A DNA stretch of 45,193 bases from Candidatus Saccharimonadota bacterium (GCA_037133995.1 JBAXNA010000002.1:1-45193); one strand, 5' to 3'. Shown: positions 27,459 through 35,373, counted from the stretch's first letter. Numbers and translations are program-made. Notes: generated by a model not told the origin, from the sequence alone.

Positions 27459-28376
27459 CTATATTTTTAAGTATCTTATTAGAGCCAACCAGCTAGAAAT
27501 AATACCTATCAGTATTCCTATGGCAAACATACTGCCAGATACAGCCAAGAAGTGAGAAGCAAAATAGTCTAGGGTTGAGCCAGCACCAAGCTTGTCGGTT
27601 AGAAATGGGCTAACAGCCCGGGTAAATGGAATCAAAATAGCCAGTGAAAGTATAGCTCCAAAAATACCGTATAGAGTACCTTCCACCAAAAATGGGCCGC
27701 GAATAAACCACTTTGTAGCACCTACCAGCTTCATAATTTCTACTTCTTCTCGACGGGTAAAAATAGCCATTCTAATAGTATTAAAAATTATCATCAAAGC
27801 GACTATCAAGAATAAAATACTCAAAATAGCACCTATCCTGCTCACCGAATTACTTATAGATATGACATTCTCTACTACCCCTTGTCGATTGTCGTCTCTG
27901 TTGTCTAGGCTGGTATCGGTAATAATAGTGGCCTCCTCTAGGCTTTTAATATTCCCATTAGAGCTACTTATTTGATCGATATTTGTGAGTTTGACCTCAA
28001 AACTAGCCGGCAGCGGGTTGCCAATCTCTTGAGCAGACTTAGCTAGCTTTTCTCCCTCTGTACTTGAGTTCTTGAGTCTCTCAAGAGCGTCAGTTTTACT
28101 TACGTAGTTCACCGCTGAGACATTTTCAATACCGCCTATCTTGCTTTGCAAAGCTTGTATTTGGTCTTTAGTGGCGTCATCACTCAAAAATATACTCAAG
28201 TCAATCTTGCTTCTAACCTGAGTAAGCTGGGAGCGTACAAAAATACTCGAAAAAGCAAAAAATGTCATTATAAGAATTGTAACCACCATAATTGATGTAG
28301 CAGCTGTACTCAGCCAGGCGTTACGAAAGATATTTTTGAAACCAGCTCGCCAAATTCTTAGAAAAGTTGTCATCAT
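27459..28376 (-). CDS. ftsX: Cell-division ABC transporter permease-like protein FtsX
   Basis: TM1, an extracellular domain and three C-terminal TM helices. The start overlaps the ftsE stop by 4 bp. Confidence 0.88.
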   Translation of the reverse strand: MMTTFLRIWRAGFKNIFRNAWLSTAATSIMVVTILIMTFFAFSSIFVRSQLTQVRSKIDLSIFLSDDATKDQIQALQSKIGGIENVSAVNYVSKTDALERLKNSSTEGEKLAKSAQEIGNPLPASFEVKLTNIDQISSSNGNIKSLEEATIITDTSLDNRDDNRQGVVENVISISNSVSRIGAILSILFLIVALMIIFNTIRMAIFTRREEVEIMKLVGATKWFIRGPFLVEGTLYGIFGAILSLAILIPFTRAVSPFLTDKLGAGSTLDYFASHFLAVSGSMFAIGILIGIISSWLALIRYLKI

Positions 28377-29053
28377 AGTGAGTATTTCCCTACTTTTTCG
28401 TCTTTTACAATTCGGCCACGATTGATTGTTATTACGCGCTTCTTGAGAGCATCTACAATGTCTTTGTTGTGGGTGGTGAGAAGCACGGTGGTTCCAAATC
28501 GATTGATTTTGAGCAGTAGCTCAATGATGTCCCAGGAATTTTTGGGGTCGAGGTTGCCAGTAGGCTCATCTGCAATCAAAATCTTGGGATTGCGCACCAA
28601 GGCCCTGGCTATTGCGGTACGTTGCTTTTCACCACCAGAAAGTTCACCTGGGTAATTGTTCATTTTTTCACTCAAGCCCACGAGCTGAAGTATTTTTGGT
28701 ACAGCTCTTTTGATCTCTTTAGTTTTTACTCCAGAAACTTCTAGTGCAAAGGCCACATTTTCATAAACTGTAAGATTTGGCAAAAGCTTGAAGTCTTGAA
28801 AGACCACTCCAATACGTCTTCGCAAATGAGGGATATTGGCCTTGTCTATACTGTCATAGTCGATACTACCTACAATAATTTTGCCGCTAGTAGGCACCTC
28901 TTCTTTTATAAGTAGCCGTATAAGGGTACTTTTGCCGGCACCAGATGAGCCGACAATAGTTACAAATTCTTTGGGGTTGATGTGAAGCGAGACGCCAGAT
29001 AGTGCCACCGTTTTGTTGGGGTACATAACTGACACTCTATCGAGCAAAATCAT
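28373..29053 (-). CDS. ftsE: Cell-division ATP-binding protein FtsE
   Basis: Walker A GSSGAGKST, signature LSGGEKQR and Walker B LIADEPTGNLD, 226 aa. Confidence 0.92.
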   Translation of the reverse strand: MILLDRVSVMYPNKTVALSGVSLHINPKEFVTIVGSSGAGKSTLIRLLIKEEVPTSGKIIVGSIDYDSIDKANIPHLRRRIGVVFQDFKLLPNLTVYENVAFALEVSGVKTKEIKRAVPKILQLVGLSEKMNNYPGELSGGEKQRTAIARALVRNPKILIADEPTGNLDPKNSWDIIELLLKINRFGTTVLLTTHNKDIVDALKKRVITINRGRIVKDEKVGKYSL

Positions 29054-29060
29054 ATTACCT

Positions 29061-29066
29061 ATTGTA
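29061..29066 (-). promoter_or_regulatory. -10 box (TACAAT) 7 nt upstream of the ftsE ATG; candidate leaderless promoter
   Basis: The reverse complement of 29054..29066 reads TACAATaggtaat followed by ATG. Confidence 0.35.
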
Positions 29067-29119
29067 GCCTATATTTAGCGTTAGCGCAAAACGCTTGTGC
29101 GTAATTTTTTGCCAAGTAC

Positions 29120-29128
29120 TGCTATAAT
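29120..29128 (+). promoter_or_regulatory. Extended -10 (TGCTATAAT) 6 nt upstream of the prfB ATG; candidate leaderless promoter
   Basis: The sequence reads tactGCTATAATagtaatATG. No SD is present. Confidence 0.45.
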
Positions 29129-29134
29129 AGTAAT

Positions 29135-30241
29135 ATGTCAGAAAACAACCTTAGTTTAAAAAATACTATCAGCCAGCTTGCCAGCCTCTTAGAGTCTGTA
29201 GATTTGGCTATTTCAAGTCTAGATCTTGCCCACGATGAAAAAAAGCTACTAGCCGACGAAGACCAAATGTCTAGCCCAGACTTTTGGCTTAATTCACAAA
29301 AAGCCGAAGCTCACAGTAAACAAACAGCAGAGCTTAGGCGCTACGTTTCCAGCTGGCAAGAATTGCGCTCAGACCTACAGACTACATTAGAGCTAGCCCA
29401 GCTAGAAACTGGCGAAGAAGCATCAAGCCAATTTGCTGGGCTACTAAAAGACTTGCAGGCTCGCTCAAATGAGGCTCTTGTAGCAGTCAGGCTCTCAGGC
29501 GAGTTTGATAGAAGTAACGCAATTCTGCAGATATCTGCAGGTGTTGGCGGCACAGATGCTCAAGACTGGGCTCAAATGCTACAAGAAATGTATATTAAAT
29601 ACGCCAACACACACGGCCTGAGTGTAGACATTTTAGACACTTCATATGGTGAAGAAGCCGGAATCAAGTCAACCACTCTAAGAATCTCTGGGCCATTTGC
29701 CTATGGCAAACTAAAAGCCGAAAAAGGCACTCACCGTCTAGTAAGACTTTCGCCATTTAATAGCGACAATCTAAGACAAACTTCTTTTGCACTTGTCGAC
29801 ACCGTGCCAGAAATAGCTCAGGCTGAAGTCAAGCTAGACGAAAAAGACTTGCGAATAGATGTTTATAGAGCTGGCGGTAATGGCGGCCAAAGCGTCAACA
29901 CTACAGATAGCGCAGTGCGAATCACTCATTTACCCACCGGCACAACTGTAGCTATCCAAAACGAGCGCTCACAGCTCAAAAACAAAGCTGTAGCTATGTC
30001 GGTATTGTTCGCCCGCCTCAGCGAGCTGGCTAGAGAACAAAAGCTCAAAGACGTAGCTGAGCTCAGAGGTAGCGTTAGGTCTGCAGACTGGGGTTCGCAA
30101 ATAAGAAGCTATGTTCTCCACCCCTACACCAAAGTCAAAGATCACCGCACCGGCTATGAGACCAGTGATACTAGTGCTGTATTAGGCGGTGAAATTGAGC
30201 CTTTCATACAGGCTTATCTAGATCAAAATATAGTCAAGTAA
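29135..30241 (+). CDS. prfB: Peptide chain release factor 2, encoded in one uninterrupted frame
   Basis: SPF tripeptide (RLSPFNS) and GGQ motif (GGNGGQSVN). The 368-aa ORF is continuous from the ATG. Confidence 0.93.
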   Translation: MSENNLSLKNTISQLASLLESVDLAISSLDLAHDEKKLLADEDQMSSPDFWLNSQKAEAHSKQTAELRRYVSSWQELRSDLQTTLELAQLETGEEASSQFAGLLKDLQARSNEALVAVRLSGEFDRSNAILQISAGVGGTDAQDWAQMLQEMYIKYANTHGLSVDILDTSYGEEAGIKSTTLRISGPFAYGKLKAEKGTHRLVRLSPFNSDNLRQTSFALVDTVPEIAQAEVKLDEKDLRIDVYRAGGNGGQSVNTTDSAVRITHLPTGTTVAIQNERSQLKNKAVAMSVLFARLSELAREQKLKDVAELRGSVRSADWGSQIRSYVLHPYTKVKDHRTGYETSDTSAVLGGEIEPFIQAYLDQNIVK

Positions 30242-30280
30242 ATATATAGCCCGCGGGCTTAGAGTATTTTTTAGGTAAAC

Positions 30281-30318
30281 AAAAAGACCCAAGAGATAAA
30301 TCTCAGAGGGTCTTTTTG
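30281..30318. terminator. Bidirectional terminator between prfB and the LPQTG gene
   Basis: aaaaaGACCC..GAGAtaaaTCTC..GGGTCttttt, a hairpin with an internal loop, flanked by an A-run and a T-run. Confidence 0.6.
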
Positions 30319-30348
30319 TGTAGTAGCTTAGCTAAATTAGCCTTATGC

Positions 30349-31602
30349 TTACTTCTTACCTACAGCATGCTTGGCATCACTAATAGATTTTTTGCTTTTT
30401 TGATAAGCATACACACTTGCACTAATTCCTGTCATACCTAGTATTCCAGCAAGACCAGATTCAATACCTGTTTGAGGTAGTGAGCTAGTTGGAGTTACAG
30501 GAGTGATAGGTGTTGGAGGAGTTGGACCTTTTGGGGTCACAATCTGAGCATCATCACAGCTTAGGTATGGTACTTCGGTAGAACGTACACAGCCTATGTT
30601 TGTAAGGGTGTCAACAGCAGTGTCTTTGACCGTTACTTGGTACAAGACGTAGCCATTTACTCCACCGGCGTAGTCACCTACGTTTTGGCCACCAGCTGAA
30701 AACAAGCTGTTGTCAGATAGAGCCATACCGTTAGGGTCGGTGCCGTTATATAGTTTTACAGTGCCAGGAATCAGTTTTAGCTGTTCTGGAAGCTTATCTG
30801 TAAGAGCCATATTGGTCTGGGTAGTTGTGCCTGTGTTTTTAAACGAAAGTCTAAAATACAGTCTTTCACCTGGCTTAGCTTCTAGTTTTTCAACAAAAGC
30901 TTGGCTTGGGCGGGCTACAGTCTTTTCAATAGTGATAGGGGCTGCTTCTACTTTGACCTTAACAATAACGTACATGTCGTTTTCAAAACATCCAGGTACG
31001 TTGCCGTCTTGTGCGTTTTCGCCAATATTGGCGCCAGCTCCAACAATACTGTCAGATACCGGTATCCCAACGCCAGTGTGAGTGTCAGCGTAAGCTGAAC
31101 CAGCTACATAGCTCAAACGATACGGAGTACCGTCTGCACTGGTGAAGTTGGTAGTGTCAAAGACACTACCAGGTTTGGCGTTGTCAGCCGAAATTTGGCT
31201 AACCGCGTTCATTTGTGTGCCAACTCCGTTAGGCAGAGTTATTTTAACTTTTGTGTTTTTGGCGATACCCACATAGTTGTGAGCGGCGTCATTTAGGGCT
31301 GAGTCAGCGTTATTGTGTATGTAAGTACGCAATTTAATTTCATCGCCAACTTTTACTTTGATAGGGTCTTGAAAACCACCTGGTGTGGTGTTCCACTGCT
31401 TACCATCAAAGAACTGTTGTTCGTTACCGTCTGGAACATTGGTAAACGAGTTGAAGGTTACATAGTCGAAGCCTGTTGTATTTGGGCCTGTCCAGGCTTT
31501 TAGCGGACGGTCAGGGTACCATCCAGCAACGGTCATAACAGGTACTAGCACTGCAATAGCAGTAGCCAAGACACCTAGACCAATTTTACTAATTAGTTTC
31601 AT
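30349..31602 (-). CDS. Sortase-anchored surface protein (LPQTG sorting signal, DUF11/CARDB-like repeat region)
   Basis: The C-terminus has LPQTG, a hydrophobic stretch (IESGLAGILGMTGISASVYAY) and a basic tail. An N-terminal signal or TM segment is present. The ATG at 31602 follows aaaaaggaga; the longer ORF reaching 31704 is rejected. Confidence 0.85.
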   Translation of the reverse strand: MKLISKIGLGVLATAIAVLVPVMTVAGWYPDRPLKAWTGPNTTGFDYVTFNSFTNVPDGNEQQFFDGKQWNTTPGGFQDPIKVKVGDEIKLRTYIHNNADSALNDAAHNYVGIAKNTKVKITLPNGVGTQMNAVSQISADNAKPGSVFDTTNFTSADGTPYRLSYVAGSAYADTHTGVGIPVSDSIVGAGANIGENAQDGNVPGCFENDMYVIVKVKVEAAPITIEKTVARPSQAFVEKLEAKPGERLYFRLSFKNTGTTTQTNMALTDKLPEQLKLIPGTVKLYNGTDPNGMALSDNSLFSAGGQNVGDYAGGVNGYVLYQVTVKDTAVDTLTNIGCVRSTEVPYLSCDDAQIVTPKGPTPPTPITPVTPTSSLPQTGIESGLAGILGMTGISASVYAYQKSKKSISDAKHAVGKK

Positions 31603-31994
31603 ATAAATATTCTCCTTTTTGAGATATTTTAGGTTTAATGTGATATTTAAAGTCAGAGATAAGTAGTATGTATTGGGGGGCCGCGAATACAGCTCGCAAG
31701 ACATGCTTTATTATCTAGACATTTGGGGTCTTTTGGAATTGTGCAAATATGATAATATCAAGGGGCATTTACAGTATTCGAACGAAACTCCGAATCAGCA
31801 CTTATAATAGCATATGATTATTCTTATGTCAATACTTTTGCATAACATTTATGTATCGAGAGATGGGTTCAAAAACAGGCAATATAGTAAGGATTATAGT
31901 ATATAGGCATATTTAGCTTTATAACTCTTATGTATATATGTCAAACAGCTCACTTTGTAGCTCTATACTTTTTATCTGGTGGCTCTTCTATTAA

Positions 31995-32041
31995 TAAAAA
32001 AAGACCCCCGTCTCTAGAGCTAAGTGCTCTAGAGACGGGGG
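31995..32041 (-). terminator. Intrinsic terminator after the 32048..33004 gene
   Basis: Perfect 16-bp stem (32005..32020 pairs with 32026..32041), a 5-nt loop, and a minus-strand U-run (31995..32004). Confidence 0.8.
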
Positions 32042-32047
32042 TAAATG

Positions 32048-33004
32048 TTAGCCAGGTGCCGTTTGCGGTACAGTCACTGGTATGGTCTGAACCGGTCTGG
32101 GCTCTGGCAAAGGTGCTGGCGGCGGTAGCGTCACAGGAGGTGGCGCAACAGTCGCGGTAGGCTCCACTTTATCAGGTGGCGGAGGCGTTGGGTTTACAGG
32201 CCTAGGCCCGCAATCTCCCAGCGCACAGGCTGCAGGGTCGTTGCCGATTGAACGACTCGGATCCTTGCAGTTATACCCTGGTGGGCAGCCTCCCGTTGTT
32301 GTGGGCGGTGCCTTTGGGGTAGTTACCACTGGCGGTGAGATTGGCCTTGGCTTGCTTGGTGTGCTTGGTGCTGGCTGGTCTAGCGTGGGAACCCCCACAA
32401 AACTAGTAGCAACCGGCTGAAATCCGCAGTCCAGCTTGTAATTAAGCTGAGTGCCAGCGCAGTCGAAGCGCAAAACACTGTAGCTGGGCTTTTCAGGGCT
32501 AGCCTGAAAAATACCAGGAATGTCAGAGGAGCTCGCGCCCTTCCGCATCCACAATGTTTGGTAATTACCAGACATTGTCTGCAGGCTTGCACTGCAGCTA
32601 CTCTCTCGAGTCTCAAGACTCATGACAGTGAGGCGCCAGGCCTCTTTATTGTCAATAAGTGTTTGGGTTTTAGCCAAACGCTCTTGAGGGCTGGTATAAA
32701 CACCAGCCTGGTACTCTTGGTGAGCCACGGCCAAGGCCGGGTCACTACAGCGGCGATTATGCAGCTCGCTTTTTTGAGCTTCAACATCAGCACTAGCTGA
32801 GGCCGGGCCAAAAAAGTTTGCAGCAACATCATAGGCAAAAAAGTGTACACTGTCAGCGCAATTGGCACTGGCATTCACTACCAGGGTCGTGCTTGGTGGC
32901 ACGGCTGTAATGGGGTTCGCCAGTAAGACGAACCCAAACAATAGTAGCACTACAGTTGAGGCAGCTGCCCCAACGAGCGCCCGCTTCTTATTTTCATTAA
33001 CCAT
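32048..33004 (-). CDS. GC-rich ORFan: signal-anchored secreted protein with a Cys-containing domain and a Pro-rich tail
   Basis: SD aaggggag, an N-terminal TM segment (VVLLLFGFVLLA), 10 Cys residues and a PPPP-rich C-terminus. GC content is visibly higher than the flanks. Confidence 0.7.
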   Translation of the reverse strand: MVNENKKRALVGAAASTVVLLLFGFVLLANPITAVPPSTTLVVNASANCADSVHFFAYDVAANFFGPASASADVEAQKSELHNRRCSDPALAVAHQEYQAGVYTSPQERLAKTQTLIDNKEAWRLTVMSLETRESSCSASLQTMSGNYQTLWMRKGASSSDIPGIFQASPEKPSYSVLRFDCAGTQLNYKLDCGFQPVATSFVGVPTLDQPAPSTPSKPRPISPPVVTTPKAPPTTTGGCPPGYNCKDPSRSIGNDPAACALGDCGPRPVNPTPPPPDKVEPTATVAPPPVTLPPPAPLPEPRPVQTIPVTVPQTAPG

Positions 33005-33104
33005 TAGGTGCTCCCCTTTCAGGGCCTCTGCCTTTCGAATTTATCTACCTTCTCACACAGGCTCATATGAGAAGATGTCAAAACTTGAATTGTAAATGTA
33101 TTGG

Positions 33105-33140
33105 TTTTGGTTGGGGAGATTAATCTCTCCCCAACCAAAA
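33105..33140. other. 15-bp stem-loop downstream of the 33159..33890 gene
   Basis: 33105..33119 pairs with 33126..33140 (ttttggttggggaga / tctccccaaccaaaa). There is no clear U-tract. Confidence 0.5.
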
Positions 33141-33158
33141 CAACTGGCTCCCGCGAGC

Positions 33159-33890
33159 TTACTGGCTCTGGCCAAATCTTTCGGCCCACCAGGCCTCAGA
33201 CGTGGTCTGGGGTGGCGGCGTAGGTGCACCAACAGAAGTTGGCACTAGCACCTGTGTGCGGGTTGGCTGTTGAGCAACAACCACAGCTGCAGGCTGCACA
33301 ACCTCTACCACTTGCACAACCTCAGTTGGCTCTTGAGCCGGTGCTGGGGCTGTAGTGGTGCTGGTAGGCCTACTAGCTGGCTTGCGCTTGCCAAGAAGAC
33401 AAACACAGGCCGCAAATGTAAATGCCATTGCAACAAAAGTATAGGCCACAACGTGGTAGTTCATAATGCTGCGAGCAGCACTAGAAATTACACCGTTGTT
33501 GCCACCTTCCACTGCTAAGAACGGATCCCAGCGGGCTGAGAACACCAGAATGTGAAAACAAACTGCTGAAATCAAACCTACAACAGCCGTGATGACTGTT
33601 GAGCCCAACCAGTCAATCTCGTGATTGAGGGCTTCGAGCCCCGTCACACGCTCATCAAGACCAGCCTGGTTGTCACCAAGCTGAGTGATTCGGCCTTGCT
33701 GGACAGCCAACTGTGTACCTTGAGCTGCTACAACTGTAGCAGTGTCGTCAACGTCGGTTCTGAGGCCGACAATACTTGAGTCGTGGTTAGCAAGCCTTGT
33801 GTCTACTACATCGTTCACTTCTGCTTGTGCAGCTAGCATCTCAGATAGCTGTCTCTTGGCCTTGTCTAGGTTGACTTGTGCTGAGGGCAT
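33159..33890 (-). CDS. GC-rich ORFan: N-terminal coiled coil, two TM helices and a Pro/Thr-rich tail
   Basis: SD aagggggg. TM segments VITAVVGLISAVCFHILVF and VVAYTFVAMAFTFAACVCLL. Confidence 0.7.
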   Translation of the reverse strand: MPSAQVNLDKAKRQLSEMLAAQAEVNDVVDTRLANHDSSIVGLRTDVDDTATVVAAQGTQLAVQQGRITQLGDNQAGLDERVTGLEALNHEIDWLGSTVITAVVGLISAVCFHILVFSARWDPFLAVEGGNNGVISSAARSIMNYHVVAYTFVAMAFTFAACVCLLGKRKPASRPTSTTTAPAPAQEPTEVVQVVEVVQPAAVVVAQQPTRTQVLVPTSVGAPTPPPQTTSEAWWAERFGQSQ

Positions 33891-34005
33891 TACGCCCCCC
33901 TTTCTGTGTTGTTTCGGATATTAGGTACTGGTCACTGGTGAAATAAGTCTTTTACGAATCTCACCAGAGTGCAAAACCTGTGGTTGAAATATGGGTTTAA
34001 ATTGT

Positions 34006-34042
34006 GTCACCAGAGAGTCTCGCAATGAGACCCTCTGGTGAC
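34006..34042. terminator. 16-bp stem-loop (one mismatch) just after the 34060..35178 gene
   Basis: gtcaccagagagtctc-gcaat-gagaccctctggtgac. Confidence 0.5.
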
Positions 34043-34059
34043 ATAGAACTACAAAAAGG

Positions 34060-35178
34060 CTAGGCCAGGCTTTCTATCCGCATAATAACAGATCGGGCCC
34101 GATCAAGAAACTTCTGGGTGAATTCGTCAAAATCTACTGTGCCTTCTGGCTCGGTATCATTCGGTGGAATTTCCTCTGGAGTATCTTTGAGCTGTGGTGC
34201 CTCTGGAGCCTCAGGCTCCTCGGCCTTAGGGCCGCAGACAATGTACGGCACTGGAGGCTGTTCATCTTTGGCTTCCACTTTGGTTTCAGCTTTGGCGCTA
34301 GCCTCAACTTCAACTTCAGTTTCTTGCTGTGAATTAGACTCAGTCTCAGCCTCTTTCTTGATGCGTGCAATGGCTTCGGCAATATCAGCCTCAGACTTGG
34401 CTTCTGCTTCAGCCTTGGCTTTAGCATTTTCCATTCGCCTGATTCTATCAATTTGATCGGCCATGTTGGGCACATCTTGATGCTCAGCATCAGCTACTGG
34501 AGCTTCTGCTACAGACTGCTGCTTCTGCTTAGCCTTAGCTTCAGCGTCTGCCTTAGCATTGGCTTTAGCCTTGGCTTCAGCATCTGTCTTGGCTTTCGCT
34601 TCAGCATTAGCCTTGACGATAGCATCAAATTCACAGGCCTCTTGAAAAAGTCGCTCGGCCTCAAACGCGTCTAGCAACTTTAGCCCATTGGCTTGGTTAT
34701 TAAACATCTTGAACTTGATGCCAAACAGCGAAAGTAAGTCCTTCACCTTGATGCCCAAGCGGGCTGCAATGGTAGAGGCTGGCTCAACAACTGAAGTGTT
34801 GCTGTCGTCAGCTTCTTGCTCTGCCCAAACATCATTGCTTGGTGGTGCCGGCTCGCCCTCAAAAAACTCTTCATTGAGCAGGGTCTTTGTGCCAGGCTCT
34901 GCCTTGTCATCTTCGGCTTTCGCTTCAGCTTTTGCAGCCTTTGCAGAAACTCCAAGGACTTTCCTGACCCTAGTCATAGAGACAAGATCGCTGCCCTTCT
35001 TGGCCTTACCATCTGCCTTAAGCACCTGCTTGAGAGTTACCTCAAGCTCTTTTGCTGCTTCAGATGCAGTTGAACGCTTCCGATTTTTTCGGGCGGGTTT
35101 CTCTGGTACATCAGTGCTTGAGAAATCAATCTCAAGCTCACCAATATCTTTCAATGACTTAACAACTTTTGCGGCCAT
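34060..35178 (-). CDS. Highly charged ORFan with (A/E)AKAK repeats (TolA-like helical low complexity)
   Basis: Strong SD aaggagg before the ATG at 35178. Shadow ORFs occur in several other frames because of the low-complexity sequence. Confidence 0.65.
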   Translation of the reverse strand: MAAKVVKSLKDIGELEIDFSSTDVPEKPARKNRKRSTASEAAKELEVTLKQVLKADGKAKKGSDLVSMTRVRKVLGVSAKAAKAEAKAEDDKAEPGTKTLLNEEFFEGEPAPPSNDVWAEQEADDSNTSVVEPASTIAARLGIKVKDLLSLFGIKFKMFNNQANGLKLLDAFEAERLFQEACEFDAIVKANAEAKAKTDAEAKAKANAKADAEAKAKQKQQSVAEAPVADAEHQDVPNMADQIDRIRRMENAKAKAEAEAKSEADIAEAIARIKKEAETESNSQQETEVEVEASAKAETKVEAKDEQPPVPYIVCGPKAEEPEAPEAPQLKDTPEEIPPNDTEPEGTVDFDEFTQKFLDRARSVIMRIESLA

Positions 35179-35258
35179 TTAGGCCTCCTTCTTTTTGTAG
35201 TAGTGTGAAGATACAACATGAGCTTGAGGTGTTTTAAAATCTCAAGCCGTCGCAAAAG

Positions 35259-35287
35259 AGCATACTACAACTTTGGGCAAATGTCAA
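35259..35287 (-). promoter_or_regulatory. Sigma70-type promoter of the 34060..35178 gene
   Basis: On the minus strand: TTGACA (35287..35282), a 17-nt spacer, then TATGCT (35264..35259). Confidence 0.5.
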
Positions 35288-35359
35288 TACTTTTAAACGC
35301 TTATACTTGGGCTCTCAACCCTACAGTAATGATAAAAAAAGCGATCTAAAACCAAAATA

Positions 35360-35373
35360 GGGCTATACAGCCC
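35360..35373 (-). terminator. Short hairpin plus U-rich tract after the 35404..35742 gene
   Basis: gggct-atac-agccc, followed on the minus strand by tattttggtttt. Confidence 0.35.

Noticed and set aside
29135-29260. Programmed +1 frameshift site in prfB
   Set aside because: I looked for an early in-frame TGA with a CTT slippery codon and an upstream SD-like element. None is present, because the ORF is continuous. This is reported as a low-interest finding instead.
31603-31704. Longer N-terminus for the LPQTG protein (start at 31704)
   Set aside because: The extension has no RBS and precedes a typical signal peptide. The ATG at 31602 follows aaaaaggaga.
31930-32160. 76-aa plus-strand ORF
   Set aside because: It runs straight through the 16-bp terminator hairpin and overlaps the 3' end of the 32048..33004 gene on the opposite strand.
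34118-35182. Multiple overlapping ORFs on both strands within 34060..35178 (34118..34456 +, 34134..34490 -, 34453..34674 +, 34688..35182 +, 34743..34955 -, 34816..35073 +)
   Set aside because: They are artefacts of the GCn/AAG low-complexity repeats. Only the 34060..35178 minus-strand frame has a strong SD (aaggagg), a promoter and a terminator hairpin.
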